The position numbers and the translations under genes are program-made. The notes beneath the pieces are model-generated. The model ran no database searches. It was not told the DNA's origin and saw only the letters and a list, made by a program, of their open reading frames with translations. Positions 1-11,727 of a DNA stretch of 64,000 nt are shown one piece after another (within the stretch, counting starts at the first letter, position 1; each line of letters begins with the position of its first letter). The stretch covers positions 275,156,001 to 275,220,000 of the forward strand of contig OZ024742.1 in NCBI GenBank assembly GCA_964016885.1. The letters run 5' to 3'. Origin of the DNA: Eledone cirrhosa. Lineage: Eukaryota.

Positions 1-327
1 GACCAGTCTCAAGGCCGCACCTCCACTACTGCCAACGTCTAGCACCAACAAACGACCTTCCGGGTCCGAGTGAACAACCTGTACGGCGAGAGCCAGGTGT
101 TTTTCCAGCAGTACGACAACCCCACCCCCACCTCCAGGTTGACAGAGAGATGCGTGCACCTCAAAGTCATCGAAGGTAGGGGTCAGCTGCCGCACGACGT
201 TGATTCGAGTCTCACAGATAACCATTACATTTATACCACGTAACCTGAGGTCATTTAGAAGCTTTGCTTGCTTCCAAGTTGAGCCTAGGCCACATGCATT
301 CAAACATCCTACTCTTAACACATCCAT
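1..327 (-). CDS. ORF2 N-terminus (APE endonuclease), partial
   Basis: ATG at 327 reads MDVLRVGCLNACGLGSTWKQAKLLNDLR...ICETRI...DPEGRLLVLDV, aligning to MTSLRIGSINARGLGSSWKQ...SETRI...DPEGKLVVLDV at 28119. Confidence 0.85.
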   Translation of the reverse strand, partial: MDVLRVGCLNACGLGSTWKQAKLLNDLRLRGINVMVICETRINVVRQLTPTFDDFEVHASLCQPGGGGGVVVLLEKHLALAVQVVHSDPEGRLLVLDVGSSGGAALRLV

Positions 328-360
328 GTGGGCGGCAAAGCCAAAGGAGAGTGTAGAGAC

Positions 361-2265
361 TTACCTTTCTGCTTTCCGGGGTTCGGGTCGCACGACTTCC
401 ATGGGGTCGGGGGTGTTGGGTGAAGGGGTGTCTTGTGGTGGTGTGGGGTCGTCAGTGTGTGGTGGGGTTGGGGTGTATGGAGTTGTGTTGGGGAGGGGAA
501 GGGGAGGGGGAAAGCTTTTTATGAGGACGCGGTTTATGGGTTTGACAGAGGGTGGTCCTACGTCCTCCTTAAAATCCTTTTTTAGTTTTTGGTAGAGGTT
601 CATTGGGATCTTTATTAATTTTAAATGTGGGTAGTTTTCTGAAGAAACAAAGTTTACCCCTTCGGTTTGTACCGAAGGATTATTGTTTATGAGTTCATTT
701 AATTTATTATTGTTTCTGTTGATGTAAGTATAGTGTAATGTCTTTTTTTCGGATGGTGTGAGTGTTTCGAAGAGGGGAGGGGCAGGTTTGGTTTTGTTTG
801 TTGCTGGAGGGGTGTTTTGTGTTTTGTTGGATTGTGTTGACATTTGGGTAGGGGTTGTTTAGCCTTGTGTGTTTTGCACATGTTTTCTTTTTTTCCTTTT
901 GATCTGTCTGAAGGACTCCGTTTCTTCCTCCGAATTCGTTGGGTTATCTTCAGTGTTGGAGGGAAGAGGTATGTTTGCTGGTAATGTTTCCGTGTTGGTT
1001 TTCTTTGTGGGGGAGATGGATGTCACTATGTTAGACTGTGTTGTGTGTTTTGGCTGCGGTGGTTGTGTTGTTTTATTGAGTGAGGGGTTGGGTGGGACTG
1101 TGTTTTGTTTTTGGGTAATGTGTTGTGTCTGTTTATGTTGTGGTGGTGGTGTAGTGTTACTGAGGGTCGGGTTGGGTGGGACTGAGTTTTGTTGTTTGTT
1201 TATCTGTTGTGGTGGTGGTGGAGCTGGTGTTGGTAGTAGGGTTTTCTTCTTGTTGAGTTGGGGACAAGCCGCCTTCAGGTGCCCTCTGCCTGCACAGATA
1301 TGACAGGACGGCCTTCTCCCCTCCACGCTAATGTTTATATACCCGTGGCCCTCTAATAGGATTCTGTCGGGTATTTGGGCAATGCGTTCAGGCTTCATTT
1401 GCACTACAAGTTCTATACCTGTTCCACTGAACGCATTGCCTATGGTTTTCCCAATGGAAATCACGTTGTCATTCGCTGGATCGATGAAGCCAGCTATGAG
1501 CCAGCAGTAGTCCACATCTGGCATCATCGCATCCAACCATATGCGCTGAGTTCTTTTACCCATATAAGATGGATAAAAGGTAAAATTTGTCGAACGAATC
1601 GGTGACAAAGCATATTTTTTTGCCGCTGATTCGTTCTTCATAATAATCGCTAGGCTTCCATACAGCCTGTCTCTTCTTATGAAAGTGGCTTCATTAAGTA
1701 CTTCTGTAAGTACTGCTTTAATTTCTGCTTGTGTTGGTTGTTGAGGTTTTTTTGAGATGTTGTTGATGGTGCGGAAAACGACAGTCCGACTTTCAATATC
1801 TTTGGTGAGATCTTGGGGCATTTTTACCGATAAGATTCCATTTTCCCCTTGAGTTATGTATTGTTTGGCGTTTTTTATTCTTTGTGCCACATCTGAAATA
1901 TTTTCAGGTATATATGTTAAAGATTTCTTTGTTGTTTGTGAAAATGAAATATTATTGGTGTTGACTTTGTCGTCTGCTTTGCTTTCTGTTATGATGTTGT
2001 TTTCAAATGTTATTTTTGTGTTTGTTGTGTCTTTGTTTGTGGTATTACTATTGTCATGCAATTCTTTCGATTTTTTTTTTGTTGTTGGAATCAATGTCCA
2101 GATTTGTGTTTTTGTCATTTTACTCCGCACATTCGTCTGTTTTTCTTTTATTTTTCTTTCCTTCTCTAGGACGCTATTTGGGAAGGAAGGGAGGACTAAA
2201 GCGTGCGAGCTTACAACTCTTACCGCTGTCACCCCACCACTATTTTCGTTAGCTTCGTTTAACAT
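361..2265 (-). pseudogene. Tx1 ORF1 (gag-like zinc knuckle, P/T-rich linker, conserved C-terminal block), interrupted by TAA at 859-861
   Basis: ORFs 859-2265 and 361-843 are in the same frame; motif VEGRRPSCHICAGRGHLKAAC. True start codon uncertain. Confidence 0.8.
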
Positions 2266-2496
2266 TTCTGTCAGACGATTGAAATTTTATGCCACAAAAT
2301 TTTTAAAAACAGGTTTTTCACCCCTGGGAGGGGCGAAGATGAGCTGACCCACCGCCTGACAGTTCAGACGGGGGGTCAAGCTACACAATAGTATCAAAAT
2401 TAAAATTGAACATACAAAATTTCCGCAATAAATTGGAACAAAACTTCTGCGCGAAGTGAATTACATCTACGCTGTAGAACAGTCGACAGCTAGAAT

Positions 2497-2630
<134 letters not shown>

Positions 2631-2780
2631 ACACGGGTGTGTATGATTGTGTATAGAAGATTATATTAAACAAAGGAATTCCAACTTTGTCTGATTTACT
2701 CGTTTTATTTACAATCCTTTAAAATCATAATGGTATTAGAATGAAATAGTATGGTAGAATATTAAATGTTAAGTGTTAAT

Positions 2781-2819
2781 TGAACAAGTACTTTCATGCT
2801 TTCGCAATCTTCAGGTTCA
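2781..2819 (-). ncRNA. Minimal type-I hammerhead ribozyme motif
   Basis: Minus strand: UGAAC-CUGAAGA-uUGC GAAA GCAu-GAAA-GUAC-UU-GUUCA; helix I 5 bp, helix II 3 bp with U/U at its base, palindromic GUAC helix III, CUU triplet. Confidence 0.65.
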
Positions 2820-3233
2820 TATTCTGTGGTGACAGTCAAGTTTGTAATTTTCATATATATATATATCGGTTGTCCAGTATCCAACATATCGATTTAACAG
2901 CTTTCCTAGCGATGAATTTTTTCATCTTTATATTAACACATATACACAATCCATTCGCTCCGATGAGAGACAAAAATGTTTATTCATATATAGTTATATA
3001 TATCCAAGCACAAACACGCACAAAAAAAGACAAACACAAATACACACGTACACACACACACACACGCACACATACATATATATATATATATATGTGTGTG
3101 TATGTGTAGTGTATGTGTATGTGTATTTGTGGGGGGGGGGGGGGGGTATTTTACAGATCTATTCAATTACATAATAAAATAAACTAGACGACTCTTACAG
3201 AAACGTCCACCCCGTTCATCATATATATATATA

Positions 3234-3516
3234 GTATGAAAAACGAAAAATCAGTGATGCATCTGGACTCAGTTTATTGCGTGTTACAATTGTTTCGCCG
3301 GCAGGTAGCTCGAGACATGATCACTGTATGGATATGGCTGATTCTACGGCTGCGGGTTCCTTCGGACACGGGCAGGTTCCTTCGGACTACGGACACGGGC
3401 CGTAGAATCCGCCAGATCCATACAGTGATCATGTCTCGAGCTCCCTGCCGGTGAAACAATTTTAACACGCAATAAACTGAGTCCAGGTGCATCACTGATT
3501 TTTCGTTTTTTTATAC
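3234..3516. mobile_element. Foldback MITE with ~115-bp TIRs, TA-flanked (Tc1/mariner-type TSD)
   Basis: TA|GTATGAAAAACGAAAAATCAGTGATGCA...TGCATCACTGATTTTTCGTTTTTTTATAC|TA; arms near-perfect inverted copies. Confidence 0.8.
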
Positions 3517-3697
3517 TATCCACACTCTGCTCTGTATGAATATTGAGTTCTAATTTTGGCATACCGCCTATGGAAGCCCCATAGCTACCATTATACACAC
3601 GTATATATATATATTTAAGTTTGCTGGTTCGCCACTGGATAGAACAGGTCATTCCGTATGGTCAATCTCGATGTAATATTATGCAACTCACCCGTCT

Positions 3698-3808
3698 TCG
3701 TTTGTGTAGTGCCTGATGAGCCCTGGATAACAGAGTCGTGCTTGATCAATACAGATCAAACCTTAAGCTAACCATTGGCGAAACGCGCGTCACCAACCAA
3801 TAAACGAG
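3698..3808 (+). ncRNA. Hammerhead-like motif with extended helix II (proximal helix I degenerate), in a ~230-bp element between (TA)n tracts
   Basis: CUGAUGA 3713-19; helix II GCC...GGC enclosing hairpin UUGAUC/GAUCAA; GAAA 3780-83; C-GCGC-G-UC; only distal helix I pairs (UCGUUUGU/AUAAACGA). Confidence 0.55.
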
Positions 3809-3835
3809 TAACCACTCGTCCTTGCCTTATTTTAT

Positions 3836-3903
<68 letters not shown>

Positions 3904-4100
3904 TGTATAATCTATATTTTAACATTTACTACACACCTACAAATATCTATCGACGCACACTCATGCGTGCACACACATACCTACCTCTATACATACACAT
4001 ACATCCGTAGCCAACGCAACTGCGTATACATATATACATGCAGGCACACAAATACATTCACACACATACGTGCATACGTATACACAGAGACATACTTATA

Positions 4101-4492
4101 TGTCCCCTCAGGGGGTGGGGAGAGAAGTAATAGGTGTGTCTTTTTTACTTGTAATAGTTAGTACTGACTTCAACTTGCGAAAGGGATAAGGTTTGAGGTA
4201 GCATATCATTCGGCGAACCAGATCACATGCCAGTGGTGTCTGGTGAGGTCCGGTTGTCGGAAATGTGGAGTGGTTGTACACAGGGTAGGACTCTGCCGAC
4301 GTACATCATCTCACTAATTACTAATTAGCTAGTGTTTGTTATCTTGGGTTCGAATTAAGGATGTGAAAGAGAAGGGTGGACCACAGCTGTGTGAGGCACG
4401 CCTCTAGCTGCTAGGTAAGTGTGGCTCTGTGGTGTTTTAAATGTTGTGTGCTCTAACCTTCATACTGAACGTGTCACTAAACAACCATCACA
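4101..4492. mobile_element. Possible solo LTR
   Basis: TGT...ACA termini, ~390 bp of complex sequence inside a CA/TA low-complexity tract, near-TSD TATA/TACA. No internal domain. Confidence 0.3.
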
Positions 4493-4501
4493 TACACAAA
4501 G

Positions 4502-4564
<63 letters not shown>

Positions 4565-4567
<3 letters not shown>

Positions 4568-5026
4568 CGAAGGAAGTGTAGTAAGGAACCAGGTGGACCA
4601 TAACGCACAGAGTACTCAATACTTAGGGTAGTAGAGTGGATAATAGGTAAATGTTCAAGACACCGTCGGCAGAGCTGAAGCCGTATCGACGGCTATTTCT
4701 GGTCCAGAAATAGCCTTCGAAACGGCTTGAGCTCTGCCGTCGGGGTCTGGAACATTTTCCTATATATATATATATATGGGAAAAAGTATGACCCCGACGG
4801 CAGAGCTCAAGCCGTTTCGATGACTATTTAGCCATGGCAGAAATAGCCGTCGAAACAGAAATATTTTTTTCGATGGCTATTTTAGCGATGGCAGAAATAA
4901 CCGTCGAAACGGCTTGAACTCTGCCGTCGGGGTCCTACTTTTTCCTATTTCCCACTCTACTACCCTAAGTATTGAGTACTCTGGTGCGTTATGGTCCATC
5001 TGGTTCCTTACCACAATTCCTTTGTT
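4565..5026. mobile_element. Two inverted copies of a short hairpin-ended element in (TA)n (Penelope terminus-like)
   Basis: 4565-4760 and 4779-5026 are reverse-complement copies; each ends in a long fold-back containing GAAAC-GGC...GCC-GTC-GGGGTC. Confidence 0.65.
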
Positions 5027-5261
5027 ATATATATATATATATATATCCTTTTTGTATTTTCCTTGTTGTAGCATTAAGCTGGCAAAACGCCTCTGGTCGC
5101 ATTTTTCATTGTGTCACTATTATCTAACTTCTGTTGATTACTCTGAGGATTAATTTATTATATTCTCTCATTGATTTCTTCGTGACAGCCTTCAAAAGTC
5201 GATTGCGATCCTGATGCCCGCAGCTACAACTTCGGTTATACTCATTATAATTATTATAATC

Positions 5262-5901
5262 AACAAATAACGAAACGAAATTAAATTTCGTTTCGTTTGT
5301 AACTCACTTTTGTGTGACTGACGCTTAAACAATTAAGTTAAAAATGTACATCCACATATGTATACTGAAATACTAGTATGCATATGAATACACACACGTG
5401 TACATATGTAGATGTACCGAGTTTTTCACTGGTCACTTTACTGTGAGTGTCCAGCTATTCTGTATGTAAACACACAGACAAACCGGTTTTTAGAGTCATA
5501 CTGGTTTTTGAGGAAACACCTTTCCTCTATTCTCCAGAAAGTCAGACAAGGAATATTGGACTAGTTTCGATGTTGTTACATCTCATCAGCAATATTTACC
5601 TATCTTCCGGCCTTTCTAGAGAATCGTAAAAGCACATATCGTTATATGCTTTTTCTATGAAAATTAGTAGTGGGCAGACTAATTTGCATAGAGCGTGAGT
5701 ACGTACCGGTTCAGCGGAGACGATAAAAACAAATAACGAAACGAAATTAAATTTCGTTTCGTTTGTAACTCACTTTTGTATGACTGACGCTTAAACAATT
5801 AAGTTAAAAATGTACATCCACATATGTATACTGAAATACTAGTATGCATATGAATACACACACGTGTACATATGTAGATGTACCGAGTTTTTTACTGGTC
5901 A
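5262..5901 (-). mobile_element. Partial-tandem non-coding element (466-nt period) with hammerhead; pLTR/retrozyme-like
   Basis: Direct repeats 5262-5435 and 5728-5901; TAATTATTATAATCA duplicated at 5248-5262 and 5937-5951 (possible TSD). Confidence 0.75.
5552..5596 (-). ncRNA. Minimal type-I hammerhead ribozyme
   Basis: Minus strand: AAUAUUG-CUGAUGA-GAUGU aaca ACAUC-GAAA-CUAG-UC-CAAUAUU; intact core, 7-bp helix I, 5-bp helix II, GUC triplet. Confidence 0.88.
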
Positions 5902-5953
5902 ATTAATTGAGTTTTTCACTGTTTAATTAACTTAATTAATTATTATAATCATT

Positions 5954-6138
5954 GTGGATTGGCAGTATCGGTAGAGGGTCTGACGCTATGCTTTGCAGCA
6001 AAGAGTTACGCCCCTTTATGGTTTGAGTTCAAATCCCGCCGAGGTTAACTTTGCCTTTCATCCTTACGGGGTCGATAAAATAAAGTACCAGTAATGCACT
6101 GGATAATTGCTGGCCTTGTGCCAAAAGTAGAAACAATT
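5954..6138 (+). mobile_element. tRNA-derived SINE
   Basis: B-box-like GAGTTCAAATCCC, then CTTTGCCTTTCATCCTT...GGTCGATAAAATAAAGTACCAG, repeated at three other sites in the window. Confidence 0.75.
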
Positions 6139-6139
6139 A

Positions 6140-7254
6140 TCTGTATATATATATAATTAAGTGTGTGTGTGTGTGTGTCTGTGTATTACATATTGGGGCC
6201 TACATCTTACGACCGATTTTCATGAAACTTTACAGGCTCATAGATTAGTCATCGGGGAGTGTTTTCTATATATCAGCGTATCTTTCTTTTATTCCGGGGT
6301 TGTTCTGCAGATAAAAATATGATTTTTGCATCTAGCTCCCACATTTTGCCACCGAATTCGGTAAAAATTTTAAAGCAAAATAGAATTTATCATTGCACAT
6401 CCTCTAATGGCGTTATATTTTGAATTTGTTGTTCAGGGACGGCGTGGCAGCCGCTTAAATATTCAAAAGTACCACTTTTAGACTCAATTTTCCATATTTT
6501 CGGCTCTAGCTCCCACATTAATCAACCTACTTTGTTCAAATTTTACACTACGCTAGATCTGATTATTTCACGTCTTAAAGTGGCTTTACATTTTGGATTT
6601 TTTGTTCAGCAACGGCGTGGCAGCTGCTTAAATATTCGAAAATACCACCTTTTCGCTCAAACTTTCGCCTTTTCGGCTCTAGCTCCCGCATTTTTCAACC
6701 GGTTTCGTTCAAATTCGAAACTTCGGCTCCACCTCACACATAAATCAATTTCTTTGGTTCAACTACGATAGAACCTATTATTGCATATCTTATAGTACCT
6801 TTACACTTTTCATTTTTTGTTCAGGGACGGCGACCTATCATTAGCTCCCACATTTTTCAACCAATTTCGTTCAAATTCGAAACTTCGGCTCCACCTCACA
6901 CATAAATCAATTTATTTGGTTCAACTTTTATACTACGATAGAACCTATCATTGCACATCTTATAGATGGTCGAAGGGAAAACGATGGCCACTGACGTCGT
7001 CAGAGCTTTTAGTTGTGTATTTGAGAATACATCGGTTTCCAATCAAGTAGCGTAAGGTCATTGCCTCCCTCCCCCAGCATCCCCCTTCGTCAGTCACCCG
7101 CGTTTCTCGGTGATAGAGGTCATCACCACCCTCCCCCGCATGGCCAGCGTGTGGCCATAGATGAGCCATCGAGAAGCAGTGGCTAAGATCAACACCTTTT
7201 CATCAAAGCAAATATTATTTTACCTACGCAGGCAACGCTGGGTACTGCTGCTAG
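6140..7254 (+). mobile_element. Non-autonomous Helitron
   Basis: A|TC 5' end followed by (TA)n/(GT)n, 3' GCAGGCAACGCTGGGT...CTAG|T end, no TSD; four internal subrepeats containing TAGCTCCC(A/G)CATT (~6331, 6505, 6678, 6842). Confidence 0.7.
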
Positions 7255-7276
7255 TAATTATATATATATATACACA

Positions 7277-7318
<42 letters not shown>

Positions 7319-7455
7319 ACTGAAAACCATTCAGTTAGCCTACTCAATAATGTATGTTCTAGATTTAACAAAAAGCTTTGAATAGTGTGTTTTGAAGTTA
7401 CATTTTAACCGTCAAATAGATTTATAACTGTACATTGATGATGCTGATTATGATG

Positions 7456-7520
<65 letters not shown>

Positions 7521-7526
7521 TATAAT

Positions 7527-10500
7527 GCTTTCTTTATTAACCACAAGGGTTTACATAAAGTAGACATTAAGGACAGTACAGGACAATACAGGACGGTACA
7601 AATGTGCATTTCTGCGTATAAAAAACCAAAAACAGAGGATGTAACAAAAAAATAACAATGAAAAATTCCCCAATAGGGGGAGACTTCCGAGGGACATTTG
7701 TGGAGAAAGCCCATTAAAAGGCCACAGTGACCCTGACCACCAGGGCAAGTGGCTTCTCCCAGATTTCCACCTTTAATTTACAGACACATAATCAGAGTAG
7801 GCCCATTCACTCGGGCCATACTTGCTTCTCTCATACTTGCCATTCTCTCATACTTGCCATTCTCTCATACTTGCCATCTTTCAACAAAATGCTGGGAAGA
7901 GAGCACTTCCCTCTCTACCTTGATTTTCCTTTTCAAATGAAATTTGAAAAAGTTAATCAGGACATCACCGAAGAGGTAAGTGCTTGTCTTCAGCCCTTTC
8001 AAACGTGTCCACCATACTATCTATTTCGCCATGGCCACCAGACAGATAAAAACTGCCTGTCCTTCCCGGCTAAAGGAGGAGGGCGGGGCAATCCTCACGA
8101 TGGACTCAGCTGATAGCTGGATCCGTCCTACACGTGACAGCAGGTATTCGACATAAACCCACAAGTCAGCAATACTCGAACACTGGACGAGTGCGTGCAG
8201 TACGGTTTCGTCGCCCTGCGCGCATCTCGGACATGCCCGGCTGACTGTAGAGTTTATCCCGAACTGGCAAAGCTCCTCGGTAGCACTGCCAGGCCATGGA
8301 TTTCTGGAAATTATCCATAGGCACCGGCCCGAAAGTTCTTCCGAAGAGATTGGCCAGTTGATTTTCGTCGACGCCTAGAGTTTACCAAGTACGTCGTCGC
8401 TCTTCCTCTCCACTAATCCTCTATAGAACGCCGAGGTGGAGTTTCCACCGATCACATTGCCCGACTGGTCGAGGGCCGTAAGCGCCTGAAGACATTTCAG
8501 TCTCCAAGCGTTTCCTCTCGGTCTTAGCTTGACCCAGGACTGTAGATCCGTCAAGGAGACGAGCTGGGGAAAGACGCGTCTAGTAAATGGCGACGACACC
8601 TGATCACCGTCGAGGAAGAGGTGGAGATGTCGTAGCCTGAGCTCGTGTCTGAAAAAGCGAAAGAGCAAACACTCCAGCGCAGTCAGAGGCATTCGCCACC
8701 TCCGCGCTTTTCTGGGAGAGCTTCCTCTCTGCCCATTTCTGGGTGAGAGAAACCACCCTGCTTGTCACCTCGTCCCAGTTTTTGTCCGTCTGGAGGTCCG
8801 CACTGAACCAGACCCCTTGCAATTTAACCGGTCCATCCATACAGCGCCCGACGACGCTGTTGGACGCCATGGACCTGCCTCTCCAGGTGCCGAGCCGCAG
8901 GCCCTCCGACTATTCCTGGTTGATCATTGCTCCTGTCACCGCTTCGTATTCTCTTAGTGTGGTGTCGATTGCCTCGATGTGTTTGGCGTTCGACACCACT
9001 ACGGTGACACCTTCCGCATATGCTGACACGGATCTTCCGCATCCTAGTTCGCGGGGGACCCCCCCTCAAGGTCTCCAGTTTGTGCAGTAATTGCTCGAGA
9101 GTCAATACGTACAAGAGGGATGAGGCTGGGACATCCTTGGCGGACCGAGAGCATGATGTTGAACGGTTCCGAAAGATGACCGTTCACTCTCACCACAGAG
9201 CAGATGTCGCTGTGCATAGCAGCGATCCAGCCTCTGAAGACGGGTCCAAAGCCAGCCGCCCGCAGGACTGCCACCAGATGACGATGGTCGACCCTATCAA
9301 AAGCTTTCGACTGATATAAATTTAACAAGTACCCACCCGTGCCAGGTTCCCTAGCTAACCTCTCCATGATGTATCGCATGAGGTGGACGTTGTCGTGAAT
9401 GGATCTATTTGGAATGGCGCATGTCTGTGCCTCTCCCACCAGACCTCCAACGACAAGCGCCAACCTCTTTGATAGCACCTTGCCCAAAAGCTTGAACTCT
9501 GTGTTTAGCAGAGTTATGGACCTGAAATTATCTGTTATCCCCCTTGTTCGGATCCTTTCTCAGTAGCGCCACCGCTCCTCGGCTCATAGAGCTGGGAATT
9601 GTCCCGTTCTGTTGCCAGATGCAGAAGATGTCCGCCAAGAGGCCTCCAAACAAGTCTGTCATCTGTACGTAAAGTTCATAGAGCAGACAATCCAAACCAG
9701 GCGATTTACCCCTTTTGCACCCAGTCATTTCCTCCCGTACTTCAGCTGCTGTTATCGGCTTTTCGCAACACTCCGCCTCAGTGGCCGAGAGCAGCGACAG
9801 TCCGTCGAGGTAGGCACTAAAGTCCATCCCTTGATCCGGCCCGCCGCTGCCCCCGAAAAGCTGAGCGAAGTTTCGCTGAAAAGCTTCACACATTTACCCG
9901 GGATCGAGTAGCATGCGCCCGTCGTGGTCCACCAAAGGCTGGATCGTGGATTTGTTGCTACGACGCGCCTCTGCCACTCGCGTCCATTGAACGGCTTTCG
10001 TCTCCTCGTGTCTGAGAGCACGCACCCTAGCTCTGACAACGCAGCCTTCGTGCTTTGCATGAAGAATTGGTCAAGTACGTCGGTTGCGATGCCTTTGCTA
10101 AACGCCTCGTCTAATTCTCCATCTGCTCTGTTTTTCTCTATTGCTAAAGCCTTACTAAACCCAATGGACTCATTCTAATCGCTCTTTTCAGAGCAAACCA
10201 CCACTTGTTGTTGACGATAGCGCCCGTCAACGCCCGCTTAACTAGCTCGCTAATCCGGTCTCTGTGGGCCTTGTGTGGTGTTAATGACGCGTTTAGCTTC
10301 CAGTAGCAGATTCCTTGTCTATGAAGCCTATCTAAGTCAACCACACAGATCACGAATTTGTGGTCCATGTAGTTGACTACCTTGAATTGTGGACAGCCTA
10401 TGCTAGACCTATCTATTTCCCTACAAAATACTGTATCTGGATGATCCGATGCGGTTTGCCCAAGTCCACATTGGCACATTCGGGAAATCCATGTCAGACA

Positions 10501-11413
10501 GTTCAAAACGCCTGAGCAGGTTGTTGAGCCTCTTGCACACTCCTCCCCTATCCGCTTGCTCCACACAATCCCAGCGTGTATCTAAGATCCCGTTCCAGTC
10601 GCCCACTAACACTAGAGAGCGGGACGTTCCAAGAAAGGTCCCCAGACGCCGGAAGAAATCAGGCCGTCCTGCTCCTGTTGGGGCATAGGCGGCCACTAAC
10701 CTGAAAGCTTGCCCGTATCTCGAGATCCAGACTTCTCCAGAATAACACGCCCACCCCCCTCCCCCAGATACGGGCGGCTTGGAGCTGTGTACACCTGGTA
10801 TCCGCCGAAAATGGGTGCGAATACCCGTGCCTCGGAGAATCTGGTCTCGCTGATGGCCTCCACATCTATGTTTAGCGACCTGAGATCGTTCAGCAGGTCC
10901 CCCTGCTTCCAAGACGACCCCAGGCCACGTACATTTATGCTACCTATTCTGAGAGAAGCGATGTTGGCTAGGATAGGAGGAAAACAAGTGAGAGGGGAGA
11001 GGTACAAAATATTACCTGTGGCTCTTCTTTAGAAAGGGGGTGGGTGATCCATCCCTCCGACCATTGGTGGGTTTCTCCACGAGAATATCCGTGAATATTC
11101 TTTTGATGATGTTCCCTCGTTAGTCTCCAATTAATGTGGGGAACATTTTTTTCAATGTTATGTAATTTTTTGTGTAATTTCTATTATTTTTGTGTGTGGG
11201 GGGTGCAATTTTGGTGGTTTGTACGTAGTTTGTTTCTGTGATGTTGGTGTGGTGTTGAATGTAATTTAAAAGCTTTGTGTTGTCTGTGTCTATGGCTGTG
11301 TATTGTGTCTACTGTTAGGGTGTTGGTGCTTTCTGTGTTTTCTGTCGTGTTGTTGGAGGTGACGGTGGGGTAGATGCTAAGGGTGGCGGTTGTGGTGGTG
11401 GTGGTGTCGGTGG

Positions 11414-11414
<1 letters not shown>
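7527..11414 (-). mobile_element. Tx1-clade LINE (subfamily A ORF2), 5'-truncated in ORF1, decayed with internal deletions
   Basis: Fragments SLRIGSINVRGLGSSWKQ, KSPGLD, QSKAFDRVDH, VRQGCP, AYAEG (decayed YADD); 3' UTR matches 31538-31780; (AAT)n at 7456-7526. Confidence 0.93.
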
Positions 11415-11446
<32 letters not shown>

Positions 11447-11448
<2 letters not shown>

Positions 11449-11656
11449 TGATTTCTTTATTAACCACAAGGGTTTACATAAAGAAGACATTAAGGACAGT
11501 GCAGGACAATACAGTACGGTACAAATGGGCATTTCTGCGTGTAAAAAACAAAAACAGAGGATGTAACAAAAAAATAACAATGAAAAATTCCCCAATAGGG
11601 GGGAGACTTCGGAGGGACATTTGTGGAGAAAGCCCAGTAAAAGTCCACAGTGACCC
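11447..11656 (-). mobile_element. Tx1 subfamily A 3' UTR-only insertion between two (AAT)n tracts
   Basis: Near-identical to 7527-7733; (AAT)n at 11415-11446 and 11657-11725. Confidence 0.9.

Positions 11657-11724
<68 letters not shown>

Positions 11725-11727
<3 letters not shown>

Larger units (their letters stand above)
1..2490 (-). mobile_element. Tx1-clade LINE, 5' half (divergent subfamily C), running off the window start; 5' end abuts (TAGA)n
   Basis: ORF1 with CCHC knuckle CHICAGRGHLKAAC, 33-nt spacer, then APE start MDVLRVGCLNACGLGSTWKQ homologous to the other copies. 5' boundary approximate. Confidence 0.88.

Noticed and set aside
5954-6040. tRNA gene
   Set aside because: Only A/B-box-like remnants with no cloverleaf; followed by the SINE body.
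6330-6960. CRISPR-like repeat/spacer pattern
   Set aside because: Long degenerate internal Helitron subrepeats, no unique spacers or cas genes, eukaryotic context.
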